From Basidiobolus meristosporus CBS 931.73 (taxonomy: Eukaryota > Fungi > Basidiobolomycota), in assembly GCA_002104905.1 (NCBI GenBank), contig MCFE01000027.1:165761-229760 (forward strand): a stretch of DNA of 64,000 bases. Reading direction: 5' to 3'. Below the pieces are notes generated by a model. The model was not told where the DNA came from, made no database searches, and saw nothing but the letters and a program-made list of their open reading frames with translations. Below, in pieces: positions 13,101 through 27,133 of the stretch. Numbering within the stretch: position 1 is the first letter of the stretch; each line of letters opens with the position of its first letter. The position numbers and the translations under genes were made by a program.

Positions 13101-14597
13101 GAAAAGGAGGCGGCCAAACACACTCCATAAGGATACCCCGTGGCGTTCCCAGCCAACGGCGAGCATGTATCCATCGCTGGTCCAAGAAAGAGACGTGACC
13201 TTACTAAGCTGTGTGAATCATTAAGGCCTATTGATGAATTAACTGCAATCGAGCATTGGTGGGGTGGGCGATATTAGCAAAAAGGATATCCGTTGTGTTT
13301 TTGGGGAAGAGGGTGTGGGACAGAGAAACAGAGCTTTTGTCAAGGACAGAGTAGCAGAGAACAGAGCCACTAATTTAGAGTGCAATCATGAGCAATCTAT
13401 CGGGTCGCATGTATGGTAGCAATGCGTAAACCAACCCTTCGGTCCCTACAGCCACTAAGCCAAACTTCCGATTTACCGTAATAGCGGTGGCTCTACCTTT
13501 GTTCTCTTGGTCAATTTCGTTGTAGAGACAGCAGCCTTGCCATTCCTTTTTATCCTAGAGTTGTTGGGAAATGTCACGCTAATGAAACGGTGTAAGGGTT
13601 GGAAAATACGATATTACCTGCTTTGTTTTTCTGTATGCCAAGTATACTGCACCATTCGAGGCTATCCAGCAGAAGATATCCATAAATTTGTCGTAAACGA
13701 TATAGTGTATGCGGCAGTCTGGGTTTCCACAGATGTGACGTATTAGTCTTGGGCTCTTGAGTATAAAACACAATTGATCAAGCCGAACCTATATCTGCAG
13801 GAATGAACCCCAGTTCATCGAAAAAGGTAGGCTCCTTGGTATCGCTGCCATCTAACCAGCTTATGTACCGAATGGCTGCTCGGGCTTTCTCACTGACAAT
13901 CAACTCCTCGTTCGTTGGAACCGCGCTGTCATAAAAATACCGATTTTAAGCAGGACGATCATTAAGATTGACAATATCCTGAAAGTGCTCACCACTGCAC
14001 ACCGCTTGTTAGCTGCTTACTGTGACGAAAACGCATGCTCAACGACATGATTCCATTTCCATGGCCAGGACCGGTGACATAGGATTGCGCCGCTTCAAAG
14101 CGGTACTGGTATACGTAACTGCTATTCGACACGATTTGGTAGAAGAGAAAAAACATGTCTATAGTCTACGCAAGAAAGTTAGTCGCTAGCGGCCAGGACA
14201 GAGAAATATCCCGAAAATGCCACATCACCAATATAACAATCGTTGTGGAGTCTGGTTTCCAGAAAACATCTTGATTAAGTCCGTGCTGCTCAATCGACTC
14301 CTCAGTTCTGATAATCTTCGCAACCATCGCAGTAGGCTTTGTTGACATCGGCGAAAGACAACGTCAGTTTCCTGATAGTTTATAAACATTCAAGTGGTTT
14401 ATCACCTTTGTTGTCCAAAGAGCAAGCGATTTTGCTGTCAAAGTTGCAAATAACACTCCATTACTATTCCGTTTGATTGCCAGCAGCGATTCATCAAGCG
14501 AGCCTCCTACATTTTTCTCATCTCGATTCGCTGATATTTCCTCCTCGAAAGAGGCCTGATTTGATATGACCTTTGCAGACCCATAAACCCAATACAT
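10197..14597 (-). CDS. RIC1: RIC1, Rab6/Ypt6 GEF complex subunit, multi-exon
   Basis: N-terminus MYWVYGSAK; WD-like middle (RSADGMYVAVAGKRG); RIC1 domain with [41 protein letters not shown]...TATSYLIVLQTLE. Confidence 0.93.
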
Positions 14598-14903
14598 ATT
14601 TCAGTCGACTATAATGGGCTCAAGAGACGTGAATAGAGAACTAGCACTAGGAACGAAGGCGACGCGCAGTGACGAGAATCACAACCGCTGGATCATGATT
14701 CTGATTAATCTGGTTAATTTAGATAAACAGTAAATCAAATAGAAGCTGTCACAGCAACAAAGTGATTCGCTGACGAATACACAAGTGAGCGACTTCTTCA
14801 ATACTTCTTGACAGTGAAAGTGACTTTACTTAAATGTCGGGATCTATGGATAATTTAACATATAACTTATACATGTCTATGAATGATGAAGGAACAATGT
14901 ATC

Positions 14904-16358
14904 CTAAGTTGCTTGATTAATGCTGATAGGAAACCTAAGGTACACTTCATAATACAAGCTGTCTAGCACCTCCTCTTTAGCCTGATCGAACATTGTCAAG
15001 GTATATTCGTTGTTGTTGATCGCATCGCGGAGACTTGTCACGATTTCACATGGGATGTTGACTTCGAGAAGACTTCCCGGAAGAAAGAATTTCTCATAGA
15101 ACCTTTGATAATATGGAGCCAAACCACTAGGCACAGCAACATCTTCACTTAGGCGTTCTACAGTACGCGCGATGCTAATATTCGCCGGGGTAATACACTG
15201 CTTGACGCTGGCATGCGGATAGGACAAGCAAGTTACAATGTTGGATGTCGCGGGGCTAACAAGTGCATGATTGGAGGGGAGTTGAGAGGAATTGATAGAC
15301 CAGCCAGATTTCGATTCGCTCTCAGGATGCTCTGTGTACGTGCACGATTCTGAGTTTGTGATAGCAACGAGACTTAGTTTTTTCAGGTCTTGATAGGCTT
15401 CCAGGAACAGAACATTCTCAACGCACAAACACTCTGTAGCGGTTTGCTTGAACATTTCAAAAAATGACCAGTCCAGCAGTCTCTGACAGAAGTCCTCTTT
15501 GTCTTGGATATAATCAAGTCGTGATGGAGGGCTGTGAGTGGTCCACTTGAATGAACAAAATATTGGAATGCAAACAGAGACGAAATGGATAAACAACGCA
15601 ACTAGAACTTGTGATAGAACCAAGTAGGGGGAGGAGTCTCTGATAAGCAATCGATAGAAAAAGTCAATCCCTACGCATAGCGCCACCATTATCGTGGAAA
15701 AATACAGGTCGCGACGAATACTATACGCATAATTCAACGACCATAGCTTGAACATTAGTATTGGGCAGAAAAGGATTAGATAGCACAGAATCCCAAAGTA
15801 TAGTGGGTAGAACTCCCAGGTGAAGCTGTGTTGGGTATATTCCAATGCCAATGGTATTCCTGCCTGATGTTGTATGAATCCTATCCCGGCTGTGCACATC
15901 AGTAGAAACAGCAGGAATACAAGAGTAAGCAATTTGTCTGTCGAGTGTTCTCTCTGTCTTCGGCTGGCCTGTGGCATCTCCTTAACGGTCAAACATGATA
16001 AAAGGTCCAGTGTTCCAAAAAGCAAACCACAAGACCTGAGCTTGGAAGAGCTCGCCCGCAACAGGAGTATCAGTCGCAGTGCCCTCAAGCCTATGGTCCC
16101 AAGAGTCAACACAATCAGGAAGTACAGGAACCACAAGCACAGGAAAACCGGGATTTCCTCATGGAATGGAATCCAAAGAATCAACAATGTGCTTAGCAAA
16201 CCATACCCACAAGCAGACACCAAAGTGAGGATTTGACTGTGTCTGGAGCGATCAGGTATGATATCACGGCCATAATATATAGTACATGTCAAGAGGTAAA
16301 ACAGCAAATTCCCTCCAGCCATCATGGAGAAAATGATTAACTGTGGTGTATTGATCAT
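14904..16358 (-). CDS. Multi-TM (7TM-like) protein with C-terminal RGS domain, intronless
   Basis: About 7 hydrophobic segments in the N-terminal ~275 aa, then RGS motifs FKQTATECLCVENVLFL and FYEKFFLPGSLLEVNIP...FDQAKEEVLDSLYYEVYLRF; first ATG at 16358 (the track starts at TTG). Confidence 0.85.
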   Translation of the reverse strand: MINTPQLIIFSMMAGGNLLFYLLTCTIYYGRDIIPDRSRHSQILTLVSACGYGLLSTLLILWIPFHEEIPVFLCLWFLYFLIVLTLGTIGLRALRLILLLRASSSKLRSCGLLFGTLDLLSCLTVKEMPQASRRQREHSTDKLLTLVFLLFLLMCTAGIGFIQHQAGIPLALEYTQHSFTWEFYPLYFGILCYLILFCPILMFKLWSLNYAYSIRRDLYFSTIMVALCVGIDFFYRLLIRDSSPYLVLSQVLVALFIHFVSVCIPIFCSFKWTTHSPPSRLDYIQDKEDFCQRLLDWSFFEMFKQTATECLCVENVLFLEAYQDLKKLSLVAITNSESCTYTEHPESESKSGWSINSSQLPSNHALVSPATSNIVTCLSYPHASVKQCITPANISIARTVERLSEDVAVPSGLAPYYQRFYEKFFLPGSLLEVNIPCEIVTSLRDAINNNEYTLTMFDQAKEEVLDSLYYEVYLRFPISINQAT

Positions 16359-17241
16359 TACTGCGCGAGTACAGTAATAACCAGACAATCCAGAACGGAA
16401 TGAACAACTTATTTTGCGATCTTCGTCTTTTGATTAAGCGTTAAATACGAAAACGAGGTGGAACGGACTACGATGATGTGGGATGCCCAGTATTATAAGA
16501 GATTCATGCTCGGAAATATATGGATGGAAGGAAATCAAAAGAGACGTCGAGGAATAACCTACCCAACAGCTGTCGATCGTTGTCATTGTCTTTTGTCTTC
16601 ATGTTTACAACAATGAGCAGCAGGCATTAATATGCAACGGCACATAACATTATCTTAGATGTTGCTTCCACTCAGGTGCTAATGCTAACAACAATATTGG
16701 CCTGAGCTTGATTGGCTAGCCAACCTCGGCTCAGCATTTTGGATTCCATTATAGACATTGAGCTAAAAATTTACCTAACAATACAGCAATGAACCGGAGC
16801 ATGATGCATCGAAATTTGCCAAATATTATGAATATTCCTTCGGGTATCTGGCATTTCGATATAAAACGCGATTTTTATTTACCAATATGGGGGTTAATAA
16901 AATATCCAGTTTTGGATCGAGGTTTGATTATTTTTTTTTATTCTGGGTGAAGAATTTTGAGCACGATTGGATTCTTGCTAACTATGGAGCAGTAATTAAT
17001 CAAAATTAATAGTGGCTAATATTTTGTACTTCTCCAGCAAAGGCAAAATACCTACCAATAAGATACCAGGCCAGTCATCAGGGTTTGCTACAATTTTGAA
17101 GTTCAGGGAACGAAGCTTTATAACCTGTGTTAACGCACACTTTTGCCTGAACATTTTTTTCGCATACCCGCCCCTTTCTACCTATCTCCCGTCAAACCCT
17201 TTGGAACGTTCACTATAACGAAATCTGCGATTTAGAGCACT

Positions 17242-20200
17242 ATGGCGAAAGGTAAACGCGACCATTATGACGAGGAAGACGACGATCTAGAGCAAGATCG
17301 TCGCTATGATGAAGAGGACGAGGAGGAGGAAGATAATTCGGTAAGTCAATTTCCACTCTTCAGCAGTTTCTTGCTGCTGGTCTCTAAAACCTCATGTTTT
17401 CGCGCAAACAGCGCCATAAGAAGAAGAAGCCTAGAAATATGTTCTTGGATATGGAAGCCGAAGTCGACGATGACGAAGAGGAAGATTATGATGACGATGA
17501 AGAGTTTGGCAAAGAAGGTTCGGCTCAAACTCCTTCGTGTAAATGCCATCGATCATCTACCTAACTTCAGATGATTCTTGATTTCAGACGGCTTCATTCA
17601 GGAAGACTATCATGATGAACCTAGCAGTGCTAGTTCCCATCGCGCTGCTCGACATTTAGATCTTGATCGTAGAAATCGTAAAGTTGAAGAAATTGATGCC
17701 GAGGAAGTAGCGGCTCGCTTGCAAACCAAATATGGAAGAAGTCATACCCGTAACGTTTATCGAGGGGATACAGAGCATGTTCCTCAACGGTTTCTGGTGC
17801 CCAGTGTTGAAGACCCTAACTTGTGGATGATTAAGTGCAAGGTAAATATCCCAAGCACAATTCAAATGTAGCATGAATCATTTGGCTTATAACCATACCT
17901 ATCAGCCAGGGAAAGAGAGAGATATTATCATGACGATGATGAGAAGATGTTTCGATAAAGAGTTAACAGACAATCCCCTCCAAATCATCTCAGCTTTTGC
18001 TAGAGACTCACTGAAGGGCTACGTTTATGTTGAAGCACGCAAACAGGCTCATGTCCAGCAGGTATGCCGGTATATTTACAAATCCAAATACAGATATTTA
18101 TATGCAACTTTATTAGGCGGTCGACAAAATCACGGATCTGTTTGCTTTCAAACTGACGCTTGTCCCCATTGGCGAAATGGTGGATGTCATTAACGTTCAA
18201 AAAAAGGAAGCAGATCTTATACCTGGCGGCTGGGTTCGTCTCAAGAGAGGAAATTACTCTGGTGATTTGGCACAGGTAGATTCTTCATGCGGCACATATA
18301 TATATTGCGCACTCCTTCTTAAACCGTCAATTGCGATTGTGCTAGATTCTCGAGATTGCCGATACACAAGAGAGCGTGCGAGTCAAACTAATCCCTCGAC
18401 TTGATTTTACCCAAGAAAAGGTATTGCTGCTGTACTTTGCTATCGCCCTGGGCGATTTTCTAACACATCTGACTCGACAGAAAAAATCCGCCGCATTCCG
18501 CCCACCTCAAAAACTTTTCAATCCGAAGGATGTGGAGTAAGTTGGCTCCACACGGACGCGTATCGAGCAAGCAACTTACCCTTTACTACTTTCAGAAAAC
18601 TCGACAGATCAAAGCCAGTTTTCCCCAAGCCCAAGGGATACTTCTTGTATGGTAACGAGCTGTTCAAAGACGGATACCTCGAAAAGGATGTGAAAATCAC
18701 CAGTCTGGTAAGACTTGAAGTTGCTTATCACTTAGTTACTGCCTGTTCTAAGCCTCCATTCCCGGCCTGCAGGTTACCGAATTCGTAAACCCTACCTTGG
18801 ATGAAATCACCCGGTTCTCGAATGGAGGGGTCGATGATGAGCGTGGTAATTAGATACAAGTATTGCCGACTTCAGTAGACCATGTACCCATTGCTTTTTT
18901 GCTATAGGATTGGATTTGTCTACACTGGGAAATTCTGGCATCGTAGCCCAATTTCAACCTGGTGACCATGTCGAAGTTACTGAAGGCGATCTCATTAATT
19001 TGCATGGTGTTGTCGAGTCTGTGGAAAACGATATTGTGATGATTATCCCACAAGATCGTCGATTGTTGGAGGTATGATTCTTGATCGCGTTGAATAACCC
19101 AAATTCAGTCTAACATTGTTGTATCTCAGGAGCACCTAAAATTTCCTGCGAGACAATTGCGGAAACGATTTGCTCAGGGCGAGCACGTAAAAGTAATCAA
19201 TGGCCGCTTTAGTGGCGAGACTGGGTTGATTATCAAGGTTGAGGATAATGTGGTGACCATGCTGTCCGATGTTAGCATGACTCAGGTAATTCATGAAAGT
19301 AGCAGACGTTTGGTCGTTGAGCAGTCCTAACCGGAGACTTCAGGTCACAGTATTTTCGAAAGATCTGCGTGAGGCAGCTGAGGTGGCCTCGGGAGTCAGT
19401 GGGGTCGGCAGTCATGAGTTGCACGATTTTGTACAATTAGAGTAAGTTCAGCTAGCTTGTTACCAGCACACAGCAGAGAATAACTCGATATACTAGCCCA
19501 CAAACTGTTGGTGTAATCATCAAGATTGATCGCGACACTTGCCGTATTCTTGACCAGAATGGAAACGTCAGAAACATTCAGCCCCATCAAATCAGCTCTA
19601 GTCGCGATTCCAGAAAAGCTGTTGCTGTTGATTCACAGGGTAACAACATTCGTGTTGGTGATCAGGTTAAAGAGATCGATGGCGAGGTAAGAGTGAGCTG
19701 AAGGGATTGTCGTGGAGTGTTTGGCTGACGGTTTTTTCGGGGACTAGAAACGACAAGGAACTGTATTGCACATTTACCGCCTCTTTGCTTTCCTGAGATC
19801 CAGAGAAATATTGGAGAATTCAGGTGTATTCGTTGCTCGTACACGTCAACTGCTTAGTACCAGCTCTAGGCCCGGACAGAGAGTAAGTCGCTATAGCACT
19901 CGAGTGTCTGCTAAATGTCGGTTCACCTTTATTTATTCGTTGGATGATCTTGTAGCAAAGCAGCACCACTCTCAACCCAAGTGTTATGAATAACTTTGCT
20001 ATCCCGACCGCTCCACGTGGACGCGGGCGTGAAAGGGGTCGGGGAGGAATGATGGGACGCGGACGCGGCCGTGGCGGCAGAGATAAATTGATATCTCAGA
20101 CCGTCACAGTTATTAGTGGGCCCTACAAAGGTTATCTTGGCATCGTTAAGGATACTAGTGATGACCAAGCTCGTGTCGAGCTGCATACTAATAGTAAGAT

Positions 20201-21399
20201 TATTAGTGTCGACAAAACCACATTGGAAATCAAAGAGTATGTGAAGTCTCCCTTTGTTAATTTGACGTTTACTAACTACCCGAAATAGTCGTAGTGGCAC
20301 TGGAATCAGCATCACTGATTTCTACGGTGTAGGCGGACGTGGTGGTCATGCACAAAACGGTGGCAGATTTGACAACAATTATCGTAGAAACGATAGAGGT
20401 GGTTACTCGCGCTATGGAGATGGAAATGCCACCCCGATGCACCCTTCAGGCTCGCGTACACCTGCCTGGCAATCCGGGTCCCGTACACCAGCATATTCAA
20501 GCTATTCAGGATCAAGAACGCCCATCCACAGGGTCGAGATGGGCTCCGCTACACCCAATCCTTATGCCGATGGCTCTCATACTCCCGCTTGGGATGCTGG
20601 TAGTAAAACACCTGGTTGGAATGGCGGCTCTAGCGGCGATGGATGGGGCAGCTGGGGTGGTGCCACTCCAAGGAAATCCAACGAGTGGGGCGACGACTGG
20701 AATACCTCTAGCCGGAGCACTGATTCTCGATATGACAGCGGGAAAGACACCAAGGATACTTCTAAAAGCTACTCTAACTCATACGATACGTATACCACTC
20801 CATCCTATGACACAATCCAGACACCAGCACCGACCGGCGTACCAAGTACCCCTGCACCGGTGGTCAATACTCCAGGACCCAGCTCATACACAAATTCTAC
20901 TCTGTCTGCACCGACCCCTGCCCCATTAGCACCCGTAACACCGGCACCGAGCAGCTATCCACACACACCATTCATGCCCTCTGGTGGGGATTTCAGTCGT
21001 GTTCACGATGATGTTCACGACATTTTAGATCAAGACTGGGCCACAAAAGACATTCAAGTTCGAGTTGTATCGAATCGGCACACCGGCCAGAAATATCAGG
21101 CAGGTGGTTACGATCAACAGTCCGCTCGTATACGATATGTCAATCGCGGTGGCGAGAGCTGTGAGATCGTATTGGATGGATCGAACGACAAGTTATCGCT
21201 ACCCGTCGACTACATAGAACCGGTCAAGCCCAACAAGAATGACAAGATCAAGGTGATGGGAGGTGAATTCAAGGGCCAAGTCGGCACCCTGATCGGTATT
21301 GATGGCCAAGATGGAATCGTTAAGCTTGAAGGGGGTAGAGACTTCAAGATTTTGAATATAAACGGTTTGGCCAAATTCGCCAGCTCAGGCACCGACTAA
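17242..21399 (+). CDS. SPT5: Transcription elongation factor SPT5, multi-exon
   Basis: Acidic N-terminus; NGN domain ([18 protein letters not shown]); several KOW motifs ([28 protein letters not shown]); CTR repeats GSRTPAW/GSRTPAY/GSKTPGW. Confidence 0.97.
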
Positions 21400-21955
21400 A
21401 ATCTTACGAAACTTCCCGCCTGGGCTTTCTTGGTTTTGTTTACCGAAAGTTTGTATAATGTACAGATTTCTTATGATCGAATGTTTGCTTTTATTTCTTT
21501 ATTCACTTTGACCATCATCGTATAATAGAATGAATTTCACTGGTAGTTTCTTCAACATTCTCATGGCAACTTGACAATTTTTTGCGGGTTATATCAGACG
21601 TCCACGTGGCTCTTCATCTCTGTCGAGCATTACCCCTACCTTTATCAAATAAAAGATACAATATTTATAATTGACTAAGGACAAGTGCATGCCTGGCAGC
21701 TATCCCTTATTAGGCGATCGCTAAGTGGCTTGACCCTTGGTCCCTACAGATATACAAAGACACCCGTATGGAGGATTAATATAGAACCTACCCAATCGTA
21801 TTCGAGGCTACTCCAGAATCTTTCATAAGCAGGCACGTCAGGATCCATTCAGGGCTGTGTGTTGTAGGTCTGGGTGAAAATGTATAAATACGCAACGTCT
21901 TTGTGAAGAAGCTGTCCATTGTATTGCAGCGCATAGAATAGGATAGAAACGTGGA

Positions 21956-22348
21956 ATGCATTTCGTTCAGAAGTATCGAGACTATCGCAGATCCGCAAAA
22001 GAATCCAAAGATACGCCAACAGATGTACCGCAGGACACATCAAGCTCGTTATGCTGCGTCCAATTCATTCCAACCCGATTCCTCGCCAGGCTGTTCTCGA
22101 CTCGGCAGCGCAAGCCAAAGCCCCCGGGGCCCACGAATCGAAGTGCCCTGTACACGCGATTGGAATTCACGGAAGCCAAAGCTGAGCTCCAGAAGCCCGC
22201 ACATATGTTTGAGGAAATCATCGCCCATGGGTTCTCTATCGATCACAAAGACGGATGCACCAGGCAACCAACCATCCGATTCTCCCTGACTCCACGAAGA
22301 TATAGAAGTCAAGAGTCCGCCATGGCCTGTCCCACCAACGGTGCATAG
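21956..22348 (+). CDS. Small hypothetical protein (130 aa) with C-terminal TIRFSLTP motif
   Basis: ATG-initiated single-exon ORF in a gene-like position; no family recognised with confidence. Confidence 0.5.
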   Translation: MHFVQKYRDYRRSAKESKDTPTDVPQDTSSSLCCVQFIPTRFLARLFSTRQRKPKPPGPTNRSALYTRLEFTEAKAELQKPAHMFEEIIAHGFSIDHKDGCTRQPTIRFSLTPRRYRSQESAMACPTNGA

Positions 22349-23098
22349 TTAGAAGCATCAAAATTTAGCATTGATTGTTGAATAGAGAGCCTTAGAATAA
22401 ACAAGCCTGCTTGTCTCAACGGACGATCTGATCTCACGATAAAAATAGCCAGATATTATCACATCGATGCAATCCAATAGAGGTGCCCATGCTTCAAGCT
22501 CAACCATACCTCGTGAACAGAAAAGCCTGCCATTGAGATCAATGTATGCAATACTTGTTCGTAACACACACGGCAGCCTATAGTCTCATCCATGTAAATA
22601 GCGGTTGTCTAATTCAGAAATCAATGCAACAAATTTATGTGACAGAGCTTAAGGGTGGACTTGGAATTGAAACGCCCAGAATAACTATGCATTTCCTATC
22701 CAGGCGAATGAGTTTATTAGTCTGACTTATGGTTGGATCATCAGTAATGACTAGTAACTCGATGTCCTTATATGCTAAAACAGCAATAGCAAGCACCCAG
22801 CTCCACAGACTCCCCTTAATTCAAATGATCCTATTATTAAGCGGAGCCAAGCACAGATCAAATGCACCTATAACTGCTGGCAGCGGTTTCTCTTACTCTG
22901 TTGGACATTTCTCTTTTTCCCTATCGTGCATCCATTTCCTATCAAACCACCACCCTCGTCGTAGGCTGTGCCCTTTGTTCATTATTCCTGTCTAAAACGA
23001 TAGCAGAGTTTTTTTGCCCAATTGACCCACCGGTAGGTACAAAGCGAACCGACAACCCAGCTACCTAGGAGCGTTCTCAATTATTCTCTTTAGTGGAT

Positions 23099-25975
23099 AT
23101 GGTTGCCTCAACTGAAGTGGGAATACCCTCCATTGAATTCAATTACCCTTCCAAAGAATTATTTGTCGGGGCAAAGCATAACACACCCAATAACCCACCA
23201 GTAGAGTGTCCTACTGATGTCTCCGATAACGGAACCAATCCTAATGGAGGTTTGGACGGTGTTAGTAACGTAAGGCATACATTCTCGCCTAATTATCGAC
23301 TTCCAGCAGATGACGATTTACACTTACCGGAATATAACCCCAAAAATTTCCGTTCTTTCTCTACTGGGGCCATTGAGGCTTCTTCAGTGAACTGGGAGAA
23401 AAGTGCCTCGGCTACTTGGTCTCGTCGCTCAAGATATAAGAGGAAAAGCGACATCCATTTATTGGAAAACCTACCCGCTCGCACCAGCTCCTTGCCTCCC
23501 TCCGACACTGAATCCTTGGCTCCAACAATCAATTCTGAGAGCAATGATTCGGAGCAAGTGAGTGGTGAAGAGCCCAACACACCTAAATCGGCCAACCTCC
23601 CCTCCATTGCAGCTGAAGACTTGCTATACACCGCCTCGGAAGAGCAAAAGATTTCTGACTATGCCGAGTCAGAATTGGGCGAGGGATATTGCGAAGATCC
23701 ATCACCTATTGAGAGATCATTCGCATCCTCAGATTCGATACACAGAAGACCTCTCGCACATTCACGGACTATTAAAGGCTTAGGCCGTCCTGTATCTATA
23801 AATCGTCGCCCTACCAGTTTTATTCTTCCATCCACATCCGATCAGTCAGTCAATCCCCAAATCACAAGAAATAACACGCTGAGAATTCAAAGAAGAAAAT
23901 CGAAAAGGTTCTCCACTATACCTAGAACTTCAACCAGGGTGAACAGCGACGATCTTGCCGGTACAAGTAAAAGCATGCCCGCTGTCTCTGAGGCTATTGA
24001 CCTGGAAAACCCTAACAACGTCAAGCAAACCATGGAGAACTTCCGTCGACTAAGCAGGAAACTTTCCTACCACCGAACCATCCGCAGGAAAAAGACCGAT
24101 GATGAACAGAGAGTCACTATTGGGACTCGGATCGACAAAAACCACAAGAATTACATTTTGATGTACAATATGCTGACAGGCATCCGTGTTGCTGTAAGTT
24201 TGGATGGTCTTGTGATTCCCTTTTCTTGTGACTTGCAACTCACTTTGTGTCTTAGGTATCTCGCTGCACGGCCAAATCAGAGCGGGAGGTCAACGACCTT
24301 GATTTCTCTGCTGCCCACAAGTTGGCATTTGATATGTGAGTACTTTGGTGGCCGAGTACCATTAACACATCACTCATTCGTCTGTTTACAATAGTGTTGG
24401 CAATGAAATGACCCCATCGTCCAAATACGATTTCAAATTTAAGGATTACGCTCCTTGGATCTTTAGACAACTCAGAGAGCTATTTGGGATTGATTCTGCA
24501 GAATATCTGGTAATTTCTGGCCCATCAGAATTTCGATCTGCAGCATGCTGATTATCACCCTTGCCCCTCTCAACATCAAGGTTTCATTGACCAGCAAATA
24601 TATTCTCTCAGAGTTGGGTTCCCCCGGGAAGAGTGGAAGTTTCTTTTATTACTCGCAGGATTACCGCTTCATCATCAAGACCATCCACCATACTGAACAC
24701 AAATTCTTGCGCCGCATTCTGCCACACTATTACCAAGTAAGGATGGGCAAACACCATGGGTTGTTTCAAGAGCGTCTCTAACGCCTCTGATTTAGCACGT
24801 CAAAGAAAATCCAAATACGTTGATTTCGCGATTCTTCGGGCTTCATCGCGTAAAACTCCCCCATAGCCGGAAAATCCACTTTATCGTCATGGCCAATAAC
24901 TTCCCACCCAACAAAGACATTCATGAAACGTATGATCTAAAGGTAAGGATGCAGTGCCTTCGGCATAGCGGAAAATCCTCTTGCTAACCTCCTCCATAGG
25001 GATCTACTGTTGGTCGTGAACTCAGCGATGAAGACATGAAGCGGAGTCCCCATGCTGTTATGAAAGATATAAATTGGGAAAAACACCACAGGAAGTTGGA
25101 AATTGGCCCAGGAAAGAGACAACTATTTGTTGATCAAATGGAGCGTGATGTCAAGGTGAGACCCAACTCGGATTGGACTCATACCGTTCCCATTCTGATT
25201 TATACATCGTGTAGCTATTAAAAGAGTTGAAGATCATGGACTACAGTCTCCTTGTCGGATTGCATGACAAGGAGCGTGGAAACAAGGATAATATCCGGGA
25301 CAATACACTCTCAGTCTTCAAGGTTTCTATCTCCTGCCTTTTCTGATCAGCCGTAATTTCCTAACCCAGCCTATAGCCGGACACCAACAAGCTCGAGAGG
25401 CAGCCCACGACAAAGCGTGGTTCCCATCACCCTGATGCCGTACGGAAGATGATTGTTGAGTCGGATCCTGTTGCGCTGGGCCCTTCCAATTCCTCACTTC
25501 CCGAGGATCCATTCAGAGAGTGAGTACTTGAAGAGGTTCTCTTGTTAGAGATGGCGGAGATACTAATAGACATCTCTCGCATAGACGGAACAATTGTATA
25601 TTCTACCAAGATGAAGGCGGTTTTGCTGGTTCTGACGAAAACGGGGTTTTCACCGACACCATCTTCTACGTTGGGATTATTGACATTCTTACGCCCTACA
25701 ATTACGCCAAGAGATTGGAGCACATGTGGAAGTCGCTCAGCCACGATAAGGTAGGCTCTTGATCTCACTGCTATCTCCACCGGTTGACTGATTTCTCTTG
25801 TTGCGTCCAGAATGGAATCTCTGCGGTGAATCCATCGCTCTATGCCCACCGGTTCATGGACTTCATGACGAAGGCCATTAAAATCCACGATGATATTCAA
25901 CGACGCGAAACATTCCGTCGTCGTCGTAAGAGTACACGACGAGGCAATAAGTTGAGCGACAAAAAGCTTGCTTAA
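23099..25975 (+). CDS. MSS4: Phosphatidylinositol-4-phosphate 5-kinase, multi-exon
   Basis: [68 protein letters not shown] and [11 protein letters not shown] motifs. Confidence 0.96.
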
Positions 25976-26475
25976 TCTACCCCTTCTTGGGTTTTGTCCA
26001 TTACATAGCTAGTCTCTGAGTGAGTTAAATTATATATATATCTATAATCTTCAGTTGCTTACCCAAGTGCTCGACCACGTAATCAACCATCCCACCCGAA
26101 TTAATACAATATTATCCCGTTAGTTTTGAGCCATTCACCACGAAGGCTGATCACCTTTGGTCTTCCTGAAGTAGAGTCTCCTTTCAGTTATTTATCAGCC
26201 TCCCAGCCACGGGAAGTTTAGGAATCAAAAGCATTCAATATGTTTACCATCGTTGCATCATTACCTGCTCCCTCGTTAGGGTATATTCGTACCCACCCGC
26301 ACACACATTCGATGAAGTAAATTATCCTACTAGCCAACTTTCTATGATTAAAGGTTTACTCTCTACTTGCAAGTTTATTTTTCTCCAGTTTCCGAGAGGA
26401 GCCTCAACACTTGGTTTGATCTACTGTGTCTATTTATCGGTTGAAATTCGAGGGAACTCGCATTTGACGCGCTTC

Positions 26476-26905
26476 TCAAGATTCTTTCTCCTTGGACTCT
26501 TCTTGTGGCGCGCTGTCCTCTGCAAAGGCCGCGACGAGGTAAACAACCACGCCGATGTTCGCCATGACCGCTGCTAGACCAGCAGCATATACTTTATTCC
26601 CTAAAAACGAGTGAATCCCATAAGAAAGCTGGAGAATTTCGGAGGAACTTGTCAGATGATTTCCTTACCAGCAAACACTGTATTCAAGGCCAGGAAGTAT
26701 GAAGCCAACGGTCCAAAAAGTATCACCGCGGTGAAGAAGAGTATCTTGATTACAAGGCGTCTTGAAAAGGGATTGCCGTTAATTCGGACGTCCGTTAAGA
26801 ACATCTAGTCAACAGTGTTCAGGCAATTTGCCGATACGTACTTTGGCACCGCTTGGGAGTTTTCCGGGGCTTTGACTTCCTTGGGTTGAGAATCGTTGCT
26901 TGCCA
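26476..26905 (-). CDS. VMA21: V-ATPase assembly factor VMA21, 3 exons
   Basis: Spliced: MASNDSQ..AVPK|RLVIKILFFTAVILFGPLASYFLALNTVFAG|NKVYAAGLAAVMANIGVVVYLVAAFAED..KEKES*; two TM segments and a KxKxx ER-retrieval-like tail. Confidence 0.85.
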
Positions 26906-27133
26906 TGATATTCGTCGATAAGTTCTGGCCGGGAAGGGTGAGACAAGATGTCGTGGGGATTTGGTATTTCTTAATCGATGGTGATATGCACATCGAGCCC
27001 ACCATCATTACATGCATCTAAAAATGCGATTTTCATGAAATCATGTACCCACTGATGTGCTGATGTGCCTCATTTCCGAATAAACCTGCTTCGCTCGCTA
27101 TTAGTCTTATCTGTCATTCGACCTGGAGCTCTA

